From: Acidihalobacter yilgarnensis
GTDB lineage: Bacteria > Pseudomonadota > Gammaproteobacteria > DSM-5130 > Acidihalobacteraceae
Direction of reading: 5' to 3'
NCBI RefSeq assembly: GCF_001753245.1
Contig: NZ_CP017415.1
Span: 2,690,040-2,722,039 of the forward strand
DNA: 32,000 bases
Part shown: in pieces, positions 1 to 8,318 of the stretch
Layout: the number at the start of each line of letters is the position of its first letter
Numbering within the stretch: the stretch's first letter is position 1
The notes under the pieces: model-generated
Databases searched by the model: none
The model's input: only the letters and a program-made list of their open reading frames with translations
What the model was told of the DNA's origin: nothing
Program-made: the position numbers and the translations under genes

Positions 1-568
1 CAGTATTCCCGCAGCCATTACCATAGCCTCCCCAGCATTGCCCTGAATTAGTTCCGAGAGGTGACCAAACCGTGGATCCCGCGCCTGAATTAATGACCAC
101 GTTGGCAGGATTAATGGTGGCGCTGATTGACGGCAAGCCTGCACCCGTCCCTGGGACAGCACTTCCACTAGGGTTCGTCGTTGCCGTGAACAAGGTTGCA
201 ACAGGATTACTGCCTCCGACCGCATATAAATTGGCCCATGCATAGTCTGGAAATGACGATGTGCCGTCCGATGTAATGAAGTCGAACTGGAAGGTGAGTG
301 CTGTACCGCCGGTTGAGACTGCGAATGGATTAGACGTTACCGTCGAGCCATCCGTGCCGCCGTACCCGCCATTGTTGCCATTTACGCCGCCATTGGTGGA
401 AATCCAGTTCACGCTTGACTGGCCGGATGGAATGGCGACCACACCATCATTTGAGGTCGATGTGCCGGAGTTACCCACGGTCGTCCAGCCGATAATGCCC
501 GCGTGCGCTTGGGTGCATGCGATCGCGAGAGAGATAGCCGCTATAAGCTTAATTGCCCGAGAATTCAT
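1..568 (-). CDS. Secreted protein, 5' part only (runs off the window start); N-terminal domain resembles a family often seen on PEP-CTERM/exosortase-sorted or similar surface proteins
   Basis: Absent from the ORF track because it has no stop in the window. Reverse-strand ATG at 568 with AAGGGG about 8 nt upstream; open for 189 codons down to position 1. The translation MNSRAIKLIAAISLAIACTQAHA/GIIGWTTVGNSGTSTSNDG... has a clear Sec signal peptide. The motif GTALTFQFDFITSDGTSSFPDYAWANLYAVGG and the Gly/Ser/Thr/Asn-rich composition are typical of that secreted family. The C-terminal sorting signal lies outside the window. Confidence 0.6.
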   Translation of the reverse strand, partial: MNSRAIKLIAAISLAIACTQAHAGIIGWTTVGNSGTSTSNDGVVAIPSGQSSVNWISTNGGVNGNNGGYGGTDGSTVTSNPFAVSTGGTALTFQFDFITSDGTSSFPDYAWANLYAVGGSNPVATLFTATTNPSGSAVPGTGAGLPSISATINPANVVINSGAGSTVWSPLGTNSGQCWGGYGNGCGNT

Positions 569-1097
569 AACCAGACCCCTTGATGGTTTAAGTTAAAGGC
601 GATGTTTTAATAACGAACGCAATCACTATCCTGTGGATACACCACGGCCGACCAAAGCAAAAATCACACCGACCCCCAAAAACACATATATTAACAATGA
701 GTTATTTTATTTCATGAGCGCGCGTAGACCGGTTTTGTAAAGATATCCGACGCACTCGGCATCAGGGGCAGCTTTGTATTAACTGCGTGCGCGCTCACGG
801 AACATCGGGAGGGCAGATCACAAATTGTTGCGTCCAGGAATACCCTGAGGCCCAGTCATGCAATCCTGCATCCGGCTTGGGCACGCTGCTTCGAGCGCGA
901 ATCAGCGCCGCCGCTTTCAATCTAGGCTGAGCGGCGCGCCTGAGCGGATTCGTACCCGCTCATTTCTGGCTTCGAACAAAGTCGCTCACAGGCGTGCTGA
1001 TTTACCAGATGCAGGGGCCGGCCGATGTATGAGCCAACCCCTTCGCTATCCAGATAGGGCTTCACCGCCCCTCAGCCGACCCATCCCAACGAAACCA

Positions 1098-1430
1098 CTA
1101 TTTGAGGTCGTCCCGTCGCTGCAGGTATTCCTCACGGTCTATTTCGCCACGCGCATAGCGCTCCTCAAGGATATCCAAGGCTCTTTTGGGGGATTCGCGC
1201 AGATGGCCCGCATGCCCGATAGGATTTCCGAAGAGCCATTTCACGATTCCGGCGATCAAAATAATCAGAACGCCCCACCCCAGCACCATCATCAACCCGC
1301 CCCATAGGCCAAAGCCGCCCATGCCATTCCAGCCGTACTCGCTCATTGGACCCCACATCACCCACCCCCAGTCAAAACGTCTATACGCCAAAACCCCTAG
1401 CACTAACGCCATTAGGCGCCTGATCACCAT
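1098..1430 (-). CDS. SHOCT domain-containing small membrane protein
   Basis: 110-aa ORF with Gly/Trp-rich TM segments (GLWGGLMMVLGWGVLIILIAGIV). The C-terminal LDILEERYARGEIDREEYLQRRDDLK matches the SHOCT motif. Confidence 0.8.
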   Translation of the reverse strand: MVIRRLMALVLGVLAYRRFDWGWVMWGPMSEYGWNGMGGFGLWGGLMMVLGWGVLIILIAGIVKWLFGNPIGHAGHLRESPKRALDILEERYARGEIDREEYLQRRDDLK

Positions 1431-1726
1431 AGACCTTATAGCGACTGCAAGGTCAAGCAGCGCTTGAAGACATGCCGCGCGTGCCGATGCCTGGCGAGAT
1501 TCTCGATCGACTGCGCAGCTGCATATCGTCCCGTGACGCTATGCCAGACACGATGCGCTACCCATTGATCTGGCCTTGGCCGATCTATATATTCGCATGC
1601 ACTAATATTTGAGATCGTCCACGCCGGGCAAGCACAGGCATTGGACTGGCGCAGTCGGGCGCCTCGGGTGATCGGCGCCGGGCATTCCCGGCCAACGCCC
1701 CACCACAGCGGGGAGATGGAAACAAT

Positions 1727-1957
1727 ATGTCGGATTCGCTCGATGCCAAGCAGGCGCTACACACGGCACTATTGGCCAAGACACGCGCAGGGCGGGTATT
1801 CAAACTCATCGTATTCTGGATCGCGGTAATCGGTATGTTCGTGATACCGCTCGGCGTTCTGGCGCTGTATTTCCTATGGAAACATGGCAATGCGGTCGCC
1901 GTCGCGCAATCCCACGCACAACGATCCTCCGACTTGCGGACCATCAAATCCACCTGA
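1727..1957 (+). CDS. Hypothetical small membrane protein
   Basis: 76-aa ORF with GGAG upstream of the ATG and one strong TM helix (FKLIVFWIAVIGMFVIPLGVLALYFLW). Third-position GC bias is coding-like. No family recognised. It competes with antisense ORF 1585..1995. Confidence 0.4.
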   Translation: MSDSLDAKQALHTALLAKTRAGRVFKLIVFWIAVIGMFVIPLGVLALYFLWKHGNAVAVAQSHAQRSSDLRTIKST

Positions 1958-2146
1958 TGGCGCAATGACTCGCGGGTTCGCTTCAATCCCGACATATTTC
2001 ATAAACATCGGCAACAGAAGCGTAGAATCGTCGTGCAGGTACATCGGTCTGCTGCCCCTGTGCCCTCTTGTATGCACGCGGGTGATTGCTTGGCCGCATG
2101 CTGCGCGAGCGTTTTCACCGCCCATCCCCCCCGATCTGAGAAGCCT

Positions 2147-2377
2147 ATGCCCTCACTCACACGCAAATACTCACTTGCCGGCGCGACGGCACTTCTGCTC
2201 GGCTGCTCGCTAAGCGGTTGCTACTACTACCCCGGATATGGCGGCGAACACCGCGGCGGAGATGGCTATTCCAGCGGCGAACACCGGCAAGGTGACCACC
2301 GCGGCGGAGACGGTTACTCCGGCGGCGAACACCAGAACGGTGGCGGCCAATATCAACGCCAAGGCGGCGGCGATTAA
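2147..2377 (+). CDS. Gly/His-rich repeat lipoprotein (hypothetical)
   Basis: The internal ATG at 2147 of ORF 2033..2377 gives MPSLTRKYSLAGATALLLGCSLSGC, a signal peptide with a lipobox (LLGC or LSGC). The mature part consists of repeated HRGGDGYS-GEH units, mirrored by DNA repeats (GGCGGCGAACACC x3). Confidence 0.6.
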   Translation: MPSLTRKYSLAGATALLLGCSLSGCYYYPGYGGEHRGGDGYSSGEHRQGDHRGGDGYSGGEHQNGGGQYQRQGGGD

Positions 2378-2568
2378 AACGACTCCGCATCCCGACGATC
2401 ACGCCTGAGTTCATGTGCCAGCCCAGAAAACAGCCCATTCAACAACTCGTCTCTCATAATCGATCGTCTGGAACGACCTTTCCCCACAATCCGGTTCGAG
2501 CGCGGGTTGTCGCTGGGGGTCAATCCATTCGATCGCTAATGAGTAGCTGCGCGGCAGCAGGCCATCGA

Positions 2569-2910
2569 TCAGGAGGCAGCCTGATCGGGTGAGTGCGGCG
2601 TCGTATAGTCGATTGCGACATCGTGGTGCGTGTACAGCTCCAGGGCGTTCGATTTCACGAAATCGAGTACCAGTTGATATGAGCCGGGACTGGCCTGCTT
2701 GAGCGCCTCGAAGTCGACCTCGACGCAATGGCCGTATTTTTCGGTATAGACCGGCCGCAGGTAGTCGGCATAGGCGAGGCGCCGGTCGCGCGCATCGTAT
2801 GCGGCAGCGGCGGCGCAAAGCATTTCAGGCCATGCCGACGGCCGGAATTTGGTGCCGGCGCGATAACCGGAAATAATCGCTTCCCCGTGAAAAGGCGCAT
2901 CGTCGTTCAT
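2569..2910 (-). CDS. DUF3579-like protein
   Basis: ORF 2569..2940 trimmed to the ATG at 2910 (MNDDAPFHGEAIISG...). GTKFRPSAWPEMLC and YLRPVY..CVEVDFEALK..LDFVKSNALEL resemble the DUF3579 pattern (KFRPSDWAERL) as I remember it. Function unknown. Confidence 0.65.
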   Translation of the reverse strand: MNDDAPFHGEAIISGYRAGTKFRPSAWPEMLCAAAAAYDARDRRLAYADYLRPVYTEKYGHCVEVDFEALKQASPGSYQLVLDFVKSNALELYTHHDVAIDYTTPHSPDQAAS

Positions 2911-3100
2911 CCGGCCGATACCCCGCTGCCTCGGATGCATAGTCTATAGAGACCCACCCACCGCCAAAGGTTCATTCGTCCTAATCGATCCCGGATACAC
3001 GTCAACTTGTGTGCGGACCCGATTCGTCTGAGTTCGGCCTGTCGCTGGCGATCGTGTCTGGGCTGAGTCTGGCCCCTCGCTCCATCTCGGAACCCAGCGG

Positions 3101-4513
3101 CTAGCACTCGTCCGAGCCGGTGGTCACGCCGAAACTCAGCGTGACCCGCAGGCCCGGTCCATTGTCACTCAGGCGCATCCGCATCTCGTGTAACGCGGCG
3201 ATGGCGGCGACCAGACTCAGACCCAGTCCACTGCCTGCGGTGGTACGGCTCGACTCCAATCGATAGAAACGCTGGGTGACTTTGCCCACCTGGTCCGCGG
3301 GTATGCCCGGCCCGTCGTCGGCGATCACGACCACTGCGCCGTCGGTCTCACACTTCAGTCCGATCTCGATCCGACTGCCGGCTGGCGTGTGCCGCAATGC
3401 GTTCTCGATCAGGTTGGCGAACATTTGCACCAGCAGCTCGCGATCGCCCTGCACCCGTATGCCCGCCTGCACATCGCCATGCAGGACATGGCCGCCATCC
3501 TCGGCCACCGGGGTGTAGATTTCGAGCACCGTTTCCAATACCGCGGATAAATCGACGGGCGCAAAGCGGCTTCGACGGGCGCCGGATTCGATCTGCGTGA
3601 TCCGTAGCAACGCCGCGAAGGTTTCAAGAATCTGGTCTGTCTGCGCAATGGCATGGTCCACCGCAACCTGGTACTCGGCAACGCTGACGGCCTCGTAACG
3701 AGCCTTCTCGAGCGCCTGCCGGAGCCGTCCCAACGGCGTGCGCAGGTCGTGCGCGATGTCGCCGCTGACCTGCCGCATGCCTTCCATCAATTGCTGGATG
3801 CGCGCGAGCATCCGGTTCAGATGGGCGGCGAGCGTGTCGAATTCGTCGCCGCTGCCACGGCTGGGAATCCGGCGGGCGAGATCGCCCGCAACGATTTCGC
3901 CGGCAACGCGATTGATCGCCTCGACACGCCGCAAGGAGATCGTGCCCATGAACGCGCCGCCGAGGGCCGCCAGCAACAGCGTCACGCCCAGACCCCAAGC
4001 CAACGCCGAGGCCCACAGTTCGCGCATTTCGGCTAGCTGGCCGGCATCCTGGCCCACGAACAGGAAGACGCTCCCGTTCAAATGCCGACCCTCGCCGGCG
4101 ACAAGGTGGCCCTCGCCAGGCTCGCCCTCACCCGTGTGATGCGCGACTTCTGGAACGACGACCTGCTGCCAACCTGCATGCAACCTCATGACGGGCAGAT
4201 TGCCGGCCAGTCGGATACCGTCGGCATTCAGCAGCAGAAACCAGCCTGAGTGCCCGCGATTGCCGGCCATACGCTCGTCTATCGCGCTGCGCAGCGCCGG
4301 CAGTCCGCTGTGGCGGAAGACCGTGACGAGTGCGTTGAAATCCGCGTCGGTCACGGCGCGCAGCTGGCGCTCCATATAGCCGGCCGTCTGCCAGTAGATG
4401 ACCCCGAACAACACACAGACCGAGGCTGCGAATAGCGCGGCGTAGCCCAGCCCGGTGCGAAAGCCGGTGCTGTGTATCAGCCTACTCGGGCGCATGCAGG
4501 CTATACCCGGCAC
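3101..4513 (-). CDS. Two-component sensor histidine kinase (2 TM, periplasmic loop, HAMP, HisKA, HATPase_c)
   Basis: 470-aa ORF. The start at 4513 is GTG; the alternative ATG is at 4495. It has an H-box SGDIAHDLRTPL, an N-box FANLIENALRHTP, and G-boxes DDGPGIP and GSGLGLSLV. A HAMP-like segment follows TM2. Confidence 0.92.
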   Translation of the reverse strand: MPGIACMRPSRLIHSTGFRTGLGYAALFAASVCVLFGVIYWQTAGYMERQLRAVTDADFNALVTVFRHSGLPALRSAIDERMAGNRGHSGWFLLLNADGIRLAGNLPVMRLHAGWQQVVVPEVAHHTGEGEPGEGHLVAGEGRHLNGSVFLFVGQDAGQLAEMRELWASALAWGLGVTLLLAALGGAFMGTISLRRVEAINRVAGEIVAGDLARRIPSRGSGDEFDTLAAHLNRMLARIQQLMEGMRQVSGDIAHDLRTPLGRLRQALEKARYEAVSVAEYQVAVDHAIAQTDQILETFAALLRITQIESGARRSRFAPVDLSAVLETVLEIYTPVAEDGGHVLHGDVQAGIRVQGDRELLVQMFANLIENALRHTPAGSRIEIGLKCETDGAVVVIADDGPGIPADQVGKVTQRFYRLESSRTTAGSGLGLSLVAAIAALHEMRMRLSDNGPGLRVTLSFGVTTGSDEC

Positions 4514-5159
4514 CGCGCACGGTATGGATCAGCGGGGCGTCGAAGTCGCGATCGATCTTCATACGCAAACGGCTGATATGCGTCTCGACCACGCTGGTCT
4601 TGGGATCGAAATGGAAGTCCCAGACCTGTTCCAGCAGCATGGTACGGGTGACCACTTCGCCGGCGTGACGCATCAAGTATTCGAGCAATCTGAACTCGCG
4701 CGGCTGCAGCTCGATCGGCTGACCCCGGCGCGAAACGCTGCGCTTGATGAGGTTCATCTCCAGGTCCGCCACCTGCAGGCTGGTGGGCGTATCGCGCAGC
4801 GGCGGTCGACGGGCGAGAGCCTGGACCCGCGCGACCAGTTCCACGAACGCGAAGGGCTTGACCAGATAATCGTCGCCGCCAGCCTCCAGCCCTTCCACCC
4901 GGTCATCGATGCCACCGAGGGTGGTCAGGAACAATACCGGCATGCGGCGGCCAGCAGCCCGCAAGGTTTTCACCAAGGTGAGGCCATCCACTCCTGGCAG
5001 CATGCGGTCGACGATCAGCAGGTCATGACCGCCTTCGATGGCAAGGTACAACCCGTCGCGGCCATCGGCCGCCACGTCAACGCCATGCCCGAGTTCGCGC
5101 AATCCACGCGACACGTAGCGGGCGGTCTCGGCGTCGTCTTCGACAACCAGCACCTTCAT
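4482..5159 (-). CDS. OmpR/PhoB-family response regulator
   Basis: ORF 4482..5510 trimmed to the ATG at 5159 (MKVLVVEDDAETARYV...; ATG 5168 is also possible). It has a receiver domain (LLIVDRMLPGVDG) and a winged-helix output domain (PREFRLLEYLMRHAGEVVTRTMLLEQVWD). Its stop overlaps the kinase start. Confidence 0.92.
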   Translation of the reverse strand: MKVLVVEDDAETARYVSRGLRELGHGVDVAADGRDGLYLAIEGGHDLLIVDRMLPGVDGLTLVKTLRAAGRRMPVLFLTTLGGIDDRVEGLEAGGDDYLVKPFAFVELVARVQALARRPPLRDTPTSLQVADLEMNLIKRSVSRRGQPIELQPREFRLLEYLMRHAGEVVTRTMLLEQVWDFHFDPKTSVVETHISRLRMKIDRDFDAPLIHTVRGAGYSLHAPE

Positions 5160-5196
5160 GCAAGTCATTCCCCGATGATGGCGGCAGTCTATCCCA

Positions 5197-5230
5197 GGGA
5201 GTCCCCCGATGTTGCCATCGGGGGACTCCC
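5197..5230. repeat. Perfect 15-bp inverted repeat with a 4-nt loop, between the PepSY and response-regulator genes
   Basis: GGGAGTCCCCCGATG TTGC CATCGGGGGACTCCC. On the transcribed (minus) strand the loop reads GCAA (GNRA-type). No U-tract follows on either strand. Confidence 0.9.
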
Positions 5231-5283
5231 TTATGGCGGATGGGTCACGGGCGGACTGACCGTCACCCGTCGCCTCGCCACGC

Positions 5284-5697
5284 TCAGTCCTCGCGGCTTT
5301 CATACCCGGACTTGTGCTCCGAATCGTCCATCGATTCGTGTTCGACATCCGTACCACGCGCTTCGTGTTCCGAACGTGTTTCGGCGGCTTCCGCTCGATG
5401 GGTCTCGGCACCGTCTTCCAGTACCTTACCAGTCTGGGCGTCGATACCGACCTCCCGTAGGCCCTGCGACGTCTGGATATCGAAGGAATAGCGCAGACCC
5501 GAGCCGCCATGCTCGCTTTCCAGTTCGGCGCTCTTGATGGCGCCGGGCGCCATCTTCAGCGCTTGGGCACGGGCGTCATGCATCGTGACCCGCGCATCCT
5601 TCGCCAGCTGCGCGCCGTCATAGGCATACGCGGCGCCGGTTCCGAGACCCAGGACACTGGCCCCGGCGATTGCGATCAACAGTTTTTTCGACATCAT
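5284..5697 (-). CDS. PepSY domain-containing secreted protein
   Basis: ORF 5284..5955 trimmed to ATGATG at 5697/5694. The signal peptide is MMSKKLLIAIAGASVLGLGTGAAYA. The core (ARAQALKMAPGAIKSAELESEHGGSGLRYSFDIQTSQGLREVGIDAQTGKVLE) fits the PepSY pattern. The tail is acidic and His-rich. Confidence 0.8.
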   Translation of the reverse strand: MMSKKLLIAIAGASVLGLGTGAAYAYDGAQLAKDARVTMHDARAQALKMAPGAIKSAELESEHGGSGLRYSFDIQTSQGLREVGIDAQTGKVLEDGAETHRAEAAETRSEHEARGTDVEHESMDDSEHKSGYESRED

Positions 5698-6012
5698 GAT
5701 GGTTTCCCCAATCGGTAAGATTATCCGGTATATCCAGCCTTGGCTGGCGGTCCGCACCTGCGGATCCACGAGGCATACCCTGACACACTGCTGTTTGGGG
5801 GCGGTTTGCCGGTACTTTACGGATCGGTAAGGCAGATTCCGAGGCAGATCGCTCGGAGCCGCTGGCGACGCGACATGCCACAGGCAAGCGATCCCTGGAG
5901 GCCGGAATCGGCAGCCCCACACGAATGTAACGGGCGCGGCGGGAGCGGTTACCATAAACTTAGCTTATTTCAGAATTCCGTCGCCCATACTGACGCGTTG
6001 ACGATCGCCCTC

Positions 6013-7308
6013 ATGAAACCAGACAAAGGCACAACACTCGAACATCATTTGCGGCGACTCACGGTCGGGCAGCGCATCTCGATCATTCTTGCGTTATTGC
6101 TACTCCCCATGGCCGTGCTCAGCGTGGTCAGCATGAGCGTACTGGACGGGCAGGAGATCGACTTCCAGCATTCGGTTCAGGAATCCATCGACACGCTGCT
6201 GCCGCTGACCACGCTGGAACACTATCTGGAACGTGCGCAAGTCGATGAACTGGAGGCACAAACCAATACCTCGGCCCCCAACTTCACGGTCCTGACGCAG
6301 AATATCGACCGCAGTTTTTCGACCATCGAAACAACGGGCAGCACCCCGGATATGCCCGAGGGCCTGATCACGGCCGCTCAACGGGCCTGGCGGGACGCCC
6401 GCCCCGCCGTGCAACGCCTGGTCGAGCACATACGTCCGCTGCATCTCGGTAACGATCGCCTTTCCGATACACTTTCACGCAAAGATCTACAGCAGGCCAT
6501 TCACGACGTCAGCCGGGCACGCCGGCATCTGGCGACTATCATCAAGGCCCGCTACACGCATGCCGTCGCGCTGCGACACTCTCAACTCAGATGGCTGGTA
6601 TGGAGCTGGGTCGTCACCTTATCGGTCGCCACACTCTTTATCGGCTTGTTCCTGTCTTCGATATTACGGCCGATCAAGGCGCTCGAATCGGCCGCCCGGC
6701 GCCTCGGGGCAGGCGAAACAGGGGTCCGCATCGCGGTGCTGGGCAACGACGAACTGACCTCGGTTTCGCGACACTTCAACGCCATGTCCGAGTACTGGGA
6801 GGCCACTCGGCAAGCATTACTCACCGAAACGTCGATGGACCCGCTGACCGGGGTGCTGAACCGCCGCGGCATCCTCGCCGTGCTGGAGCAGGAGTTGGCC
6901 GCCCATCGGCGCCACGGCCAACCGCTCAGTCTGTTCATGATGGACCTCGACCGCTTCAAGACCATCAACGACACGCTCGGCCACAGCGCCGGCGACCGGG
7001 CGCTGCTCTGGGTTGCGGAGAAAATGCGCGAATCGCTGCGTGGCAGCGATCACTTGGGCCGCTACGGCGGCGATGAATTCATCGCCGTCCTGCCCGCTAC
7101 CACCCAGGAACAGGCTCAGGCCATCGCCCAGCGCATGCGCCAATCGATTCATGACACCGCAAATCGGGACGACGCCCTGCCAACGATCAGCATCGGTATC
7201 GCATCGACACCAGAGATGGGCTGGGATATGCAAACCCTGATCGGCGGCGCCGATGCCGCGTTGTACGCATCCAAGCATCGGCCCGACAAGACATCATCGA
7301 GCGACTGA
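6013..7308 (+). CDS. Membrane sensor diguanylate cyclase (2 TM, periplasmic helical domain, HAMP, GGDEF)
   Basis: ORF 5740..7308 trimmed to the ATG at 6013 (MKPDKGTTLEHH...), just before TM1. The HAMP segment is ILRPIKALESAARRLGAGE...DELTSVSRHFNAM. The active-site motif RYGGDEF is intact, and an RxxD (RGSD) lies 5 residues upstream, which is the I-site position. Confidence 0.88.
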   Translation: MKPDKGTTLEHHLRRLTVGQRISIILALLLLPMAVLSVVSMSVLDGQEIDFQHSVQESIDTLLPLTTLEHYLERAQVDELEAQTNTSAPNFTVLTQNIDRSFSTIETTGSTPDMPEGLITAAQRAWRDARPAVQRLVEHIRPLHLGNDRLSDTLSRKDLQQAIHDVSRARRHLATIIKARYTHAVALRHSQLRWLVWSWVVTLSVATLFIGLFLSSILRPIKALESAARRLGAGETGVRIAVLGNDELTSVSRHFNAMSEYWEATRQALLTETSMDPLTGVLNRRGILAVLEQELAAHRRHGQPLSLFMMDLDRFKTINDTLGHSAGDRALLWVAEKMRESLRGSDHLGRYGGDEFIAVLPATTQEQAQAIAQRMRQSIHDTANRDDALPTISIGIASTPEMGWDMQTLIGGADAALYASKHRPDKTSSSD

Positions 7309-7494
7309 TCGGCAGGCGCTATTCCGAGCATCGCAGCCCCTCTTCGAACGCGCGCTCGGTGCGCGCCTCCCGGCTGCGGGAGTAAGGCTTCTTCAAAAAA
7401 TTGCACGGACACGAACAAATATTTGCGCACTGGCGGTGGCACCACTGATATTGAATATCGGCTGGACACCCACCGCCCTCGGAATCGCGACGCC

Positions 7495-8280
7495 ATGCCA
7501 AAATTACCAACCGTTTTCGTCTCCCACGGATCGCCCATGCTCGCGCTGGAGCCGGGCAGCGCCGCTCCTATGCTCGAACGCCTCGGCTGCGAGCTGCCAC
7601 GGCCGTCCGCGATTCTGACGTTTTCACCGCACTGGATGGCGCGCGGTGCGGCGCTGGGCGCGAGCCGCGCACCGGAGACAATCCATGATTTCGGCGGCTT
7701 CGATCCGCAGCTGTACGCTTTGAACTACCCGGCACTCGGCTCACCTGCGCTGGCGCAGCGTGTTGCCGTGCTCGCGGCCGAGGCCGGCTGGCCGACCGAG
7801 CTGGCGCCCACGCGCGGACTCGATCATGGCGTTTGGATACCGTTGCGCCTGATGTTCCCCGATGCCGACATTCCCGTGGTGCCGCTCGCGATGCCCTGGC
7901 CGCTGGATGCAGCGGGCGCCTACCGGCTTGGCCAGGCGCTCGCGCCGCTGGCCGCCGAGGGCGTGCTGCTGCTCGGCACCGGGGCGCTGACGCACAATCT
8001 GCACGAATTCGATTTCGGCACGCGTCTGGATGCGCCGATCGAACCCTATGTGACGGCATTCGTCGAATGGATTCGGCAAGCGGTCGCCCGCGGCGACACC
8101 CAGGCCCTGCTCGACTACCGTAGGCAAGCACCGCATGCGACACGCGCCCACCCCACCGATGAGCATCTCTTGCCACTGTTCTGGGCACTCGGCGCCGCAG
8201 GACCAGACGCACAGGTCAAGCTTGAATCCGGCGGCGTGCATTACGGTAGCATGGCCATGGATGCTTGGACGTTCCGCTGA
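7495..8280 (+). CDS. ygiD: 4,5-DOPA dioxygenase extradiol-like protein (class III extradiol dioxygenase, YgiD family)
   Basis: ORF trimmed to the ATG at 7495 (MPKLPTVFVSHGSPM...). The motifs TIHDFGGF, YPALGSPALAQRV, DHGVWIPLRLMFPDADIP, HNL and PTDEHLLPLFWALGA match my memory of E. coli YgiD. Confidence 0.88.
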   Translation: MPKLPTVFVSHGSPMLALEPGSAAPMLERLGCELPRPSAILTFSPHWMARGAALGASRAPETIHDFGGFDPQLYALNYPALGSPALAQRVAVLAAEAGWPTELAPTRGLDHGVWIPLRLMFPDADIPVVPLAMPWPLDAAGAYRLGQALAPLAAEGVLLLGTGALTHNLHEFDFGTRLDAPIEPYVTAFVEWIRQAVARGDTQALLDYRRQAPHATRAHPTDEHLLPLFWALGAAGPDAQVKLESGGVHYGSMAMDAWTFR

Positions 8281-8318
8281 GCACGGTGCGCCGCCACACA
8301 ATGACCGGAGATCGAAGC

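Noticed and set aside
261-596. Plus-strand 111-aa ORF from the track
   Set aside because: It is Pro-rich with no motifs and a GTG start. It lies fully antisense to a much better minus-strand ORF that has a signal peptide and a family-like motif.
858-1467. Track ORFs 858..1307(+), 1165..1365(-) and 1186..1467(+), which overlap the SHOCT gene
   Set aside because: They are Arg/Pro-rich translations typical of off-frame reading in GC-rich DNA. The SHOCT-frame ORF is the only one with recognisable features.
4455-5537. 360-aa plus-strand ORF antisense to the response regulator
   Set aside because: It has no domains. It mirrors a well-supported minus-strand gene. Long antisense ORFs are expected at this GC content.
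5711-5831. 9-bp direct repeat ATCGGTAAG (5711 and 5823) in the PepSY/cyclase divergent region, considered as response-regulator boxes
   Set aside because: It is too short to be significant; the chance of recurrence within about 300 bp is roughly 0.1-0.2. The first copy lies inside the likely 5' UTR, close to the RBS.
5698-6012. N-terminal extensions of track ORFs 5284..5955(-) and 5740..7308(+), which would overlap each other
   Set aside because: The extensions lack features and overlap head to head. Internal starts give a proper signal peptide (PepSY) and a start just before TM1 (cyclase).
7447-7459. Perfect 13-bp palindrome GATATTGAATATC, 36 nt upstream of ygiD (Fur/Zur-like look)
   Set aside because: Arms of 6 bp with a fixed spacer are expected several times by chance in 32 kb (about 32000 x 4^-6). 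The match to the Fur consensus is only partial.
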